A DNA stretch of 44,684 bases, taken from assembly GCA_027056465.1 (NCBI GenBank), contig JALUKS010000234.1, positions 1 to 44,684 on the forward strand, read 5' to 3'. Shown here piece after piece: positions 1 through 8,442 of the stretch. Under the pieces are notes generated by a model. It did no database searches and was not told where the DNA came from. It was given only the letters and a program-made list of their open reading frames with translations. The stretch's first letter is position 1. The number at the start of each line of letters is the position of its first letter. A program made the translations under genes and the position numbers. The stretch comes from Sulfurimonas sp. (lineage in GTDB: Bacteria > Campylobacterota > Campylobacteria > Campylobacterales > Sulfurimonadaceae).

Positions 1-447
1 TTTAAAAATCTGTTTTCAAGATATATAAATGGTATGCAAGAAAGTATAATTTATACAAAACAAACTGACTATTTACAAATTGCAGAAAATTATTTATCTA
101 AAAACAGGTTAAGTGAAAGTGGCAATTTTTTAAGAAAAGAGTTTGAAAGAATTCTTGAAGAGTTAAGACAAATTCACGAAATTGGTTCTAAAGAAAAACT
201 AAATCATATTGTCAATGGTTTATTAACACAAGATGTTGATAGTCAATATAGGTTTACAGCAACTTTAAAAAATAATATCAATGATATGCAATTGATTTTA
301 CAAAAAACTAAATTCTACCAAGACACTATTTTTCATTCTGCATCACATGATGATATAACTAATGAAATTTATGAAAAAGATTGTCGTGGTGCAATTACCA
401 CACTTAAAGAACTAAAAAAATATATTAAAAATATAAAGGATAATTAA
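1..447 (+). CDS. 5'-truncated protein; C-terminus resembles the HEPN-like helical tail of ABC/AAA-ATPase (RloC-like) proteins
   Basis: Frame is open from base 1 ([12 protein letters not shown]...), so the ATG at 34 is probably internal. Motifs [13 protein letters not shown] and IFHSASH. Very AT-rich. Family call is tentative. Confidence 0.4.
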   Translation, partial: FKNLFSRYINGMQESIIYTKQTDYLQIAENYLSKNRLSESGNFLRKEFERILEELRQIHEIGSKEKLNHIVNGLLTQDVDSQYRFTATLKNNINDMQLILQKTKFYQDTIFHSASHDDITNEIYEKDCRGAITTLKELKKYIKNIKDN

Positions 448-449
448 TC

Positions 450-1649
450 ATGTATATTCCCTCCCCCTCAAAATACGATCCAGATGAAAATGGACACTTT
501 GGAATCTTTGGTGGACGTTATGTCCCAGAAACACTTATGCCTGCACTACTCAAGCTCAAAGAGGAGTATGAGTTAATCCGTTTTGATGAAGAGTTCTGGA
601 AAGAGGTACACTACTACTTAAAAGATTATGTAGGTCGCCCTTCTCCTCTCTACTTTGCTGAAAATATCTCTGAAGAGCTTGGTGCAAAAGTTTACTTCAA
701 ACGCGAAGACCTGAACCATACGGGTGCTCATAAAGTAAACAATGTAATTGCTCAAGGACTTATGGCACAGCGTTTAGGTTATAAAAAGATTATCGCTGAA
801 ACTGGTGCAGGTCAGCATGGAGTGGCGACTGCTACTATCTGTGCTTTACTTGGCTTAGAGTGTGAAATATTTATGGGTGCAAAGGATGTAGAACGCCAAG
901 AGCTAAATGTTTTTCGTATGAAACTTCTCGGTGCAAAAGTAAACTCTGTAGAGTCTGGCAGTAGAACGCTTAAAGACGCTATGAATGATGCCATAAGACA
1001 CTGGGTGACAAATGCTCGTGATACTTTTTATATCATCGGAACAGTTGCAGGTCCACACCCCTACCCTATGATGGTTCGTGATTTTCAAGCTATCATCGGC
1101 TGGGAAGCTCGTCAGCAGATACTCGAAAAAGAGAACCGTCTGCCTGATCATATCATCGCATGTATTGGTGGTGGTTCAAACGCCATCGGTATGTTTCAGC
1201 ACTTTTTAGAAGATGAAGAGGTGGAGTGTATCGGTGTTGAAGCTGGTGGGCTTGGCATTGAGACAAATAAACATGGTTGCTCTTTAGAGAAGGGTCGCCC
1301 AGGTGTTCTTCATGGTCAAATGTCCTATCTACTGCAAGATGATGACGGGCAGATACTCGAAGCTCACTCTATTTCGGCAGGACTTGATTATCCAGGGATT
1401 GGTCCTGAACATGCTTTTCATAAAGAGAATAAAAGTGTAAGTTATGGAAACATTACCGATCAAGAAGCACTAGATGCCTTTGTATGGCTCTCTCGTAAGG
1501 AGGGAATTATCCCTGCGTTTGAGTCTTCTCATGCAGTTGCTTATCTTAAAAAGCTACCAGATATAAAAGGCAAACTTATCATAGTAAACCTCTCTGGTCG
1601 TGGTGATAAAGATATGATACAAGCAAAAGATTTACTTCATTTCGACTAA
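450..1649 (+). CDS. trpB: tryptophan synthase beta subunit
   Basis: [16 protein letters not shown]-lysine motif, [37 protein letters not shown]. Confidence 0.98.
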   Translation: MYIPSPSKYDPDENGHFGIFGGRYVPETLMPALLKLKEEYELIRFDEEFWKEVHYYLKDYVGRPSPLYFAENISEELGAKVYFKREDLNHTGAHKVNNVIAQGLMAQRLGYKKIIAETGAGQHGVATATICALLGLECEIFMGAKDVERQELNVFRMKLLGAKVNSVESGSRTLKDAMNDAIRHWVTNARDTFYIIGTVAGPHPYPMMVRDFQAIIGWEARQQILEKENRLPDHIIACIGGGSNAIGMFQHFLEDEEVECIGVEAGGLGIETNKHGCSLEKGRPGVLHGQMSYLLQDDDGQILEAHSISAGLDYPGIGPEHAFHKENKSVSYGNITDQEALDAFVWLSRKEGIIPAFESSHAVAYLKKLPDIKGKLIIVNLSGRGDKDMIQAKDLLHFD

Positions 1650-1658
1650 AGGATTTTT

Positions 1659-2357
1659 ATGCGTTTACTTTTCATTTTAGTATTTATTCCTCTACTCTTT
1701 GCAGGTTGTGACCTTTTAGAGTCTCAAGCAGTAAAGGAGCAAAAAGTTGCTCATGAAAAGGAACTTTTTCAAAAAAAAGTAGCAGATGAAAAAGATATAC
1801 AACTCAAAAAAATCTCTGAGCAGACACAAAGAGAGCTTGCTATTTTAGAGTCGAAAAAAGAGTTGGCTACTATTGAAAAAGAGAAAGAACTCGCAAAGAT
1901 AAAATTTCAAGCTCAACTCCAAAAGCAAAAAATTCAAGCAAAAAAAGAGCAAGAAGAAGCACTCTTTTCTCAAAAAATGCAACAAAGAGAGCAGATAAAC
2001 AACATGGAACTCAAACGCTATCTTCTACTCATATTTGCTCTCTTTATTATACTCGCTAGTTATTTTCTCTTTTACTACTTTAAAAAACGAAGGGAAGATA
2101 AACTCCGTGCGTATAATGACAACCTTGAGAAGTATTTTCATCATAAAGAGAATGAAGCTCGTGTCAAAATAGCAGAAAAGATGCTTGATACTATCAGCTC
2201 AGGTAAATTAGATAAAGAACAGGAAAATCAACTTATTGGTGCTTTTAGTGGTCAAGCTAGTGAAAACTACCAACGACAGTTAGAGACTAGCACTACTGAA
2301 AATGAGAAAAATCAAGATACGGATATAATTGATCTAATAGAGGATAAAACCACTTAA
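1659..2357 (+). CDS. lipoprotein with coiled coil and a second, internal TM helix
   Basis: Lipobox LFAG-C, long K/E/Q-rich helix, hydrophobic segment YLLLIFALFIILASYFLFYYF followed by KKRR; AAGGA RBS. Confidence 0.7.
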   Translation: MRLLFILVFIPLLFAGCDLLESQAVKEQKVAHEKELFQKKVADEKDIQLKKISEQTQRELAILESKKELATIEKEKELAKIKFQAQLQKQKIQAKKEQEEALFSQKMQQREQINNMELKRYLLLIFALFIILASYFLFYYFKKRREDKLRAYNDNLEKYFHHKENEARVKIAEKMLDTISSGKLDKEQENQLIGAFSGQASENYQRQLETSTTENEKNQDTDIIDLIEDKTT

Positions 2358-2421
2358 GCATTATCTATCCCTTATCCATCTTTAGGTATCATAATTTTAC
2401 AAATTCTATATATGGAAAATA

Positions 2422-3837
2422 ATGATGAACATTCAACTTCTCAACCAAAATATTTCAGATGCAAAAAGAGACATCTCTCTTGAGTATCTCACATCAGATC
2501 AACTCAAAAAAAATAAAAATAAAAAAGCACTTAAACTCGCTGGATTTAAAGCTGATCAAGACTCTATCTGCTTTTTACACAACAAAAACACTCTTGTATG
2601 TGGTGTTGATTCACACTCTGCTGATGATGTAAGAAGTGTAAGTGCCGTGGCTATAAAAGCACTTAAAAATACTGAGTACAAAAGTGCTAATATCAGTGTT
2701 GAAGATAAGGAGCTTATTCCTGCATTAGTAGAAGGATTTGTGCTTGGTGGCTATAGCTATGAAGTTTATAAAACTACAAAAAGTAAAGCTACACTCAAAA
2801 ATATTTCACTTATCTATATAAATGATGACTATGAGTCTGCTATAAAAGTTTTTAGTGATGCCGTTATCGTAGCTGATGCAACCTCTTTTACTCGTGACAT
2901 TGTAAACACAACACCAGAGGATTTAAACCCAGTAACATTTGCGAAACTTGCTAAAAAACTTGCAAAAGAGAATGGACTAGGATGTAAGATACTTAATGAA
3001 AAAGCACTTGCAAAAGAGAAATGTACCTCTATGCTCGCAGTTGGTCGTGCTTCTCGCCATGAGTCTCAACTCATCCACCTCTCTTATCAGCCTAAAAATG
3101 CTAAAAAAATCATCTCACTTGTAGGAAAAGGACTCACTTACGATAGTGGTGGACTCTCTCTTAAACCTGCCACTTCTATGGTAACGATGAAGATGGATAA
3201 GGCTGGAGCTTGTGCTGTTCTAGGTATCATCAAGGCAGCTTCAGAGATGAAACTTGATGTAGAGATACATGCTTTTGTCGGTGCAGTGGAAAATATGATA
3301 GGTGGAGATGCTTATAAACCTGATGATGTTTTAGTATCTCGTAACGGTCAGACTATAGAAGTACGAAATACGGATGCAGAGGGGCGTTTAGTCCTTGCTG
3401 ATGTTCTTGACTATGCACAAGATAAAGTAGAAGCTGATTATCTTTTTGACTTTGCTACACTTACTGGTGCTTGCATGGTAGCGGTTGGTCAATATACAAC
3501 GGGTGTTATGGGACACTCAAGTAGACTCAAGCACTCACTAAGTAAAGCTTCTGCAAATGCAGGAGAACTTACGGCGTCTCTTCCATTTAACAAACACCTC
3601 AAAAAACAGCTCAAAAGTGAGATAGCAGACATCTGCAATATTTCAAGCAAACCTTATGGTGGTGCTATCACAGCTGGACTCTTCTTAGATAGTTTTATAA
3701 AAGAGGAGAACAAAAAGAAATGGCTCCACTTTGACATAGCAGGCTCAGCTTATACAGAATCTCCATGGGATGTAAATGTCTATGGTGGAACTGGTGCAGG
3801 AGTGCGTTTTATGAGTGAGTTTTTAAAGTCTCTTTAG
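2422..3837 (+). CDS. pepA: leucyl aminopeptidase (M17)
   Basis: VGKGLTYDSGG, MKMDKAGA, NTDAEGRLVLAD, ATLTGA, WLHFDIAG. Confidence 0.97.
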   Translation: MMNIQLLNQNISDAKRDISLEYLTSDQLKKNKNKKALKLAGFKADQDSICFLHNKNTLVCGVDSHSADDVRSVSAVAIKALKNTEYKSANISVEDKELIPALVEGFVLGGYSYEVYKTTKSKATLKNISLIYINDDYESAIKVFSDAVIVADATSFTRDIVNTTPEDLNPVTFAKLAKKLAKENGLGCKILNEKALAKEKCTSMLAVGRASRHESQLIHLSYQPKNAKKIISLVGKGLTYDSGGLSLKPATSMVTMKMDKAGACAVLGIIKAASEMKLDVEIHAFVGAVENMIGGDAYKPDDVLVSRNGQTIEVRNTDAEGRLVLADVLDYAQDKVEADYLFDFATLTGACMVAVGQYTTGVMGHSSRLKHSLSKASANAGELTASLPFNKHLKKQLKSEIADICNISSKPYGGAITAGLFLDSFIKEENKKKWLHFDIAGSAYTESPWDVNVYGGTGAGVRFMSEFLKSL

Positions 3838-4044
3838 TATACTAGAGACTTTACAGGAAAATCAAAACTTATAGTACTGTACTGTCTGTTTTGCATTTCG
3901 CCGTTCAGGCATCCACCCTCCTCTTTCAATATTCCTATAACAAATTTGGTCAAAAAATGTGAGTTTAGTGAAGTAGAATCAGTTGCTTTAGAGTTAAACA
4001 GAGACACTGGGCTTATCAGAGAGATGCAGGGATAAACCTCATAA

Positions 4045-4182
4045 GTGTATATTTCACTACTTGATGAAGAGATAATTATACAGATAGAGTCCCTCCTAGA
4101 AGTACTCCCAAAAGAGCAACTCTGGATAAACCCTGACTGTGGTTTGAAAACTCGTAAGTGGAAAGTGGCTAATCATCTTTGA
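4045..4182 (+). pseudogene. metE: C-terminal remnant of cobalamin-independent methionine synthase
   Basis: Manual translation gives [45 protein letters not shown]. [12 protein letters not shown] is the MetE Zn-ligand motif. In-frame stops lie just upstream (4033-4035, 4042-4044). Confidence 0.85.
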
Positions 4183-4196
4183 ATATCCCCTTGTTA

Positions 4197-5912
4197 CTAT
4201 ATCAAGATGACTCGTATATCATCATAAGTGACAGCAGAGTCTAGGAGCTCAAATATAGGCTTCAGTCTTACTTGTCCATCCTCACTAAAGTCATCTTTAT
4301 TATCTCTTTTTTTAACTTTTTCTACAGCACCTTTTACAAGCTCACAAGTTTTTGCATCGGGTAAAAACTTCTCTAAGTTAATCTCAGAATTTTGCTCTTT
4401 TAAAACACTAAGATGTTTGATAATAGTTCCCTTACTCATAGCTCTTTTTGTAGCCAACTCATCTATAGAACTACAAGATTCAAGTAACTCCTGCGTTTGA
4501 ATATGAGTAGGTGTAGCACTATTTTTTACTATCTTTTTCTCAGAGCGAAGAATTTTCTCCTCTTGCTCTATTTTAGCAGTGTCAAGCAGACCATCTATAC
4601 TCAAAACATAGGAGTCAAAAAGTTCTTGGAGATGCTCAGGTGAGAGTGCAGCTATCTCTTCACTCGCTTTTTCTGATGCCCCTTTTATCCTGTCATCTAT
4701 ATGAAGGATAAGAGGGTCTACTGTGAGTGCTTTATCATTAAGCCCCATCAAATGCAGTCCCTCTATGTTTTTTATACGAGAGAGTGCGACATATCCCTGC
4801 CCCACTTCAAAGGTTTTAGAGAGGTCTATCTCTGCTGAGTCTAGTGTCATACCCTGAGACTTATGTATAGTAATAGCCCATGCTAACTTCAGAGGAATCT
4901 GTGAGACTTTTGCGACAACATTGCCACTATCATTTTCCATACTCCATTCCTCTAAAGCCACTTTTATAAGACTTCCATCAGATGTTTTGACCAAAGGTAA
5001 GCCATTTTCTTTGTCGAACCCGACTATAAAGCCAGTAGTTCCATTGACATAACCCAACTCACTGTTATTTTTTATAAACATCACCACAGCATCTTTTTTG
5101 AGACTAATCTCTTCTAACACAAGAGAGGACTTAAATATCTTCTCAATATTTTTTACCGTTCCCTCTGACTTATAAGCAAACGCGAAAGATGGATGTGCGA
5201 TTTTCGCCAACTCTTCGCTGTTTATCCTATCTACATCCATATTATGAGTATAGAGTTTCGTTGGAGTAAAACCATTGTCAAGCTCTTTATGGTATCTCGC
5301 GTTTAGTGTATCGATGGAGTGACTTGAAACACTCCCACTCCTAATCTCATCCAAAACGGCTATAAGAACATTATCATCTTGGCGAAATTTCTTTTGGAGA
5401 TAACAAGTCTTCAAACCTAACTCTCTCCATGAGGGGGACTGCCATGCGAAGCGTTTGTCTGTAGGCATCTTAGATATTGGAGGGAGTTGGAAAAAGTCTC
5501 CAGAGAGTATAGTTTGAACACCACCAAAAGGAGTATTGTTTTTCTTAAACACACGGAGGATTCTATCCATTGCTGAGAACATTTCAGGCGAAACCATAGA
5601 AATCTCATCCACTATAAGCACCTTGAGTTTTGAAAAACGAGTTTGAAGATACTTCTTCTCTAAAAGAGAATCGATATACTCCTCATCTATCTCAGAACGA
5701 ATCCCCAAACTAAAAAAGGAGTGAATAGTCTGCCCCTGAAGATGTGAAGCTGCTATACCCGTAGGAGCAACGACAGTGGGTATGACCTTTCGTGCTTTGA
5801 GATAAAACATATACTGATGAAGCAAATATGTTTTTCCAGTTCCAGCAGAGCCTGTTATAAAGACATTATTACCAGTTTTGAGTATATCAAGTGTTGTGTT
5901 TTGCAAAGACAA
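4197..5912 (-). CDS. Pif1-like SF1B DNA helicase with a C-terminal helix-turn-helix domain
   Basis: Walker A GSAGTGKT, DEISM, GDFFQLPP, AWAITIHKSQG, GQGYVALSR; HTH-like SIDELATKRAMSKGTIIKHL. Confidence 0.9.
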   Translation of the reverse strand: MSLQNTTLDILKTGNNVFITGSAGTGKTYLLHQYMFYLKARKVIPTVVAPTGIAASHLQGQTIHSFFSLGIRSEIDEEYIDSLLEKKYLQTRFSKLKVLIVDEISMVSPEMFSAMDRILRVFKKNNTPFGGVQTILSGDFFQLPPISKMPTDKRFAWQSPSWRELGLKTCYLQKKFRQDDNVLIAVLDEIRSGSVSSHSIDTLNARYHKELDNGFTPTKLYTHNMDVDRINSEELAKIAHPSFAFAYKSEGTVKNIEKIFKSSLVLEEISLKKDAVVMFIKNNSELGYVNGTTGFIVGFDKENGLPLVKTSDGSLIKVALEEWSMENDSGNVVAKVSQIPLKLAWAITIHKSQGMTLDSAEIDLSKTFEVGQGYVALSRIKNIEGLHLMGLNDKALTVDPLILHIDDRIKGASEKASEEIAALSPEHLQELFDSYVLSIDGLLDTAKIEQEEKILRSEKKIVKNSATPTHIQTQELLESCSSIDELATKRAMSKGTIIKHLSVLKEQNSEINLEKFLPDAKTCELVKGAVEKVKKRDNKDDFSEDGQVRLKPIFELLDSAVTYDDIRVILI

Positions 5913-5921
5913 TGGAACTCT

Positions 5922-6374
5922 CTACTTTTTAGGTAAACAGCTATAAGTTGTTTTCACCCATGAGTCAAACTTAGCACCCTTTTCAAACGCCATGACATCA
6001 TACATCTCAGGATTACTTTTAGCAAATGCTTTTTTAAAAATGACAACATTAAACTTATTTATCTCTTTTCCTGCTCTTATCTTCAAAAATGCCTTTGTGA
6101 AATCTTCTAACTTGTAGCCAATATTTTTCTTTCCAAGCTTGAGATCTTTGCCATTTTTCTTTATGCCTAAAACCTTAGCAGCTTTAAACGCCACCTCTTT
6201 GACCTTAAACACCTTGTCATGTAAAGCTAAACGAAGAATCGCATCTTGTGACTCTGGGCAGTCATATTTACTTAACTCTTTTAATGCTGTTAAACGTGCT
6301 TTGTAGTCAGATGTTAAAGCGGCTTGCTTGAGTAGTTCATCTATATTTTCTGGTGTCTCTTTTAGTAGTGCCAT
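5922..6374 (-). CDS. HEAT-repeat domain protein
   Basis: HEAT/PBS-like helical pairs (DYKARLTALKELS; DKVFKVKEVAFKAAKVLG); AAGGA RBS; basic C-terminus. Confidence 0.7.
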   Translation of the reverse strand: MALLKETPENIDELLKQAALTSDYKARLTALKELSKYDCPESQDAILRLALHDKVFKVKEVAFKAAKVLGIKKNGKDLKLGKKNIGYKLEDFTKAFLKIRAGKEINKFNVVIFKKAFAKSNPEMYDVMAFEKGAKFDSWVKTTYSCLPKK

Positions 6375-6403
6375 TGTATTATTTCCTTGTATTGTCTTCT
6401 ATA

Positions 6404-7126
6404 TTATTTTAATTTTTGTAGTATATTTTTACTAATAAGCCATGAGGGCATTGCTTCTTTGATAAAGGGATAAGTTTTTAACAGGTGTATTGTAACATCA
6501 TATGCTACACAAGCATCTTCAGCAGCATATTTAACTTGTTTTTGAGACAATTCCTTCACTTCCCAGTTTGATGTAGAGATTTTTTTTGATTTTTGTAAAT
6601 CTCTTTTTAGAAAGATTGTTGCTGCTTTTTTTGCACCAATACTATCTCTCGATGTCAGTTTAGAGAGCACACCATCGATGTCAATAGTAGCTCGCATTTT
6701 AACTCCAAACTCGGTATATAAGGAGTGTCTATCACCCGTAAGATTTACTCCAACTTTCACAATATTGTCATCTTCAATGAGTTTAAAAAGTGAGCTTAAA
6801 TTCTTAATCTTTTTCACTTGAATCACATAACACTCACTAAGATTTGCTAACTGAATCACAGCAACACCATGTGGCGTTTCACCCTTTCTAAATGTCGGTT
6901 TTTGCTCACTATCAAAGCCAATAAAGTTTGTTTTTCTGATGGACTTTATAGCTCGCTCTAACTCCCCTGTGTTTTGAACAATATTTACTTTTCTATTTTC
7001 AGTCGTATAAGGAGGATATGTTCCAGTTGTATCTTGTTTAGGAGAGTCAAGCAGGGTCAAAAATTCTGTAACTAACTTCAGTGACTTTGATCCTTTATCA
7101 AGCGCTGAGGCGAGTGCTTCATCCAA
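6404..7126 (-). CDS. DEDDy 3'-5' exonuclease (WRN-exo/RNase D-like); probable original start is ATG 7261, interrupted by TAG at 7244-7246
   Basis: Exo motifs IGFDSE, GVNLTGD, NW...QVKYAAEDA. The ORF-track start is only a TTG and the frame stays open upstream to 7243. Confidence 0.85.
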   Translation of the reverse strand: MDEALASALDKGSKSLKLVTEFLTLLDSPKQDTTGTYPPYTTENRKVNIVQNTGELERAIKSIRKTNFIGFDSEQKPTFRKGETPHGVAVIQLANLSECYVIQVKKIKNLSSLFKLIEDDNIVKVGVNLTGDRHSLYTEFGVKMRATIDIDGVLSKLTSRDSIGAKKAATIFLKRDLQKSKKISTSNWEVKELSQKQVKYAAEDACVAYDVTIHLLKTYPFIKEAMPSWLISKNILQKLK

Positions 7127-7314
7127 CTGCTCAAGTGACTCTTCTCCCGCAAAACTACGAATTAAGTTAAGTCGATGTTTATCTGCTATGCTTTGTATAA
7201 TTTTAATTTTCTTTTCCTTTTTTAACTCAGTAATTTCTTCATCCTAAGACTTTAAACTCATTAAATTCTAAAAAGTTATTGACAGATTCACTTACATCTT
7301 TGATACTTAACTTG

Positions 7315-8442
7315 TTATTTGTCATAAACAACTTCTTTACTTGTAGCAATTTTTTTATCGGCATATAAAACTACATCTTTAATTACAAGTTTTTGGATGG
7401 CTGAGATGAAGGTTTCCATTAGTTGATAGTTTGGTGTGTTGTTGGTAGATAACAATGAAATATTTAATTCGTCTGCATCTGTTGCATAAAAGTTTCTTGA
7501 ATAATCAAATTGCCCTGCATATGAAGATTTATGAATAGCTGTTGTTACAAAAATTGATGCTAATTTAGGTAAATTTTCTGTATGAACAATAGCAACATGG
7601 TCATCTCCACCATATTTATAATTTCTATATTTAGCAGAACCAAACATATCAATAGTTATCGTGTTTTTTGAAAATACATTCACTTCATTTCCTATATATG
7701 CAGAAATACCATCATTTGTTTCACCTGCTGTAACAAAAGGTAAAGTTCCTGAAATTCTATCTGAACTTTTCAGTCTTCTTCCACGAGTTGATTTACTAAA
7801 GAGTTTTTCTAAATTGAACTCTTGAAATTCAAAACATCCCTTTTCAAAATCATTTAAAACTCTCTGTTCTTCTTGAGTTAAGGTATAGTTTTTAAGATTT
7901 GTTGCCATCAAATAAGCTTCTAGCTCCGCTATACGCTCCGCTTCTAGCTCCGCTATAAATTTTTCCATAAAAGAAAAATTTATCTCCCCATTTTTAATGG
8001 GGAGTTGGATTGTAGTCTTATTCATTGCTTCACGATTAAATTTATTTCCATAATCATATTTTTTAGATGTAGAAACCCTAGATGCTGAGATAATAACACT
8101 TGCGATTGTTTTGTTAAATGGTTTGAACTTTGGTACTAAGTGCTGGATATGAGAATAGCCTATAAAATCATTCTCTTGATAGTACATTGTTTCAGCACCT
8201 AGTGTTGTATCTGAGCAAGTTATCGTATTGCCTACATTGTTTGCTTTTAAATTTGAAAAGCCCATCACTCCATTATCAGTTGAAGAATTTGAAATTAATG
8301 GAACTGTACCATTTTGAGAAATTATTGCTTCATTTTTTAATTTATAATACTTTGTTGGATTTATTTCAAACAAATCCCCAAGCCTAAACTCTCCCCACTC
8401 AACACTATCCAATAGCTTGTTAAGTGAGGACTCTACTTTCCC
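7315..8442 (-). CDS. specificity (S) subunit of a BcgI-like R-M system with two target-recognition domains; probably entered by a -1 frameshift
   Basis: Two TRD halves ([22 protein letters not shown]; [22 protein letters not shown]) joined by a helical spacer. Frame is open from 8442, bounded by TGA at 8443-8445. The ORF-track start is a TTG at 8412. Confidence 0.9.
   Translation of the reverse strand, partial: GKVESSLNKLLDSVEWGEFRLGDLFEINPTKYYKLKNEAIISQNGTVPLISNSSTDNGVMGFSNLKANNVGNTITCSDTTLGAETMYYQENDFIGYSHIQHLVPKFKPFNKTIASVIISASRVSTSKKYDYGNKFNREAMNKTTIQLPIKNGEINFSFMEKFIAELEAERIAELEAYLMATNLKNYTLTQEEQRVLNDFEKGCFEFQEFNLEKLFSKSTRGRRLKSSDRISGTLPFVTAGETNDGISAYIGNEVNVFSKNTITIDMFGSAKYRNYKYGGDDHVAIVHTENLPKLASIFVTTAIHKSSYAGQFDYSRNFYATDADELNISLLSTNNTPNYQLMETFISAIQKLVIKDVVLYADKKIATSKEVVYDK
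7916..7957. repeat. 18-bp direct repeat with 24-bp period in the S-subunit spacer helix ([14 protein letters not shown])
   Basis: GCTTCTAGCTCCGCTATA at 7916-7933 and 7940-7957. Confidence 0.9.
8392..8442 (-). promoter_or_regulatory. putative programmed -1 ribosomal frameshift signal (slippery heptamer plus 3' stem-loop)
   Basis: mRNA: G GGA AAG (8442-8436), 5-nt spacer UAGAG, then a 13-bp stem UCCUCACUUAACA (8430-8418) / UGUUGAGUGGGGA (8404-8392). The -1 frame is the S ORF. Confidence 0.8.

Noticed and set aside
3880-3930. GC-rich minus-strand stretch (GGAGGGTGGATGCCTGAACGGCGAAATGC) superficially like a tRNA 5' end
   Set aside because: No T-arm GTTC motif, no acceptor-stem partner and no CCA
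8410-8412. TTG as an independent start of the S subunit
   Set aside because: No SD upstream, buried in the predicted hairpin, and the frame continues to the slippery heptamer. Disfavoured but not excluded.
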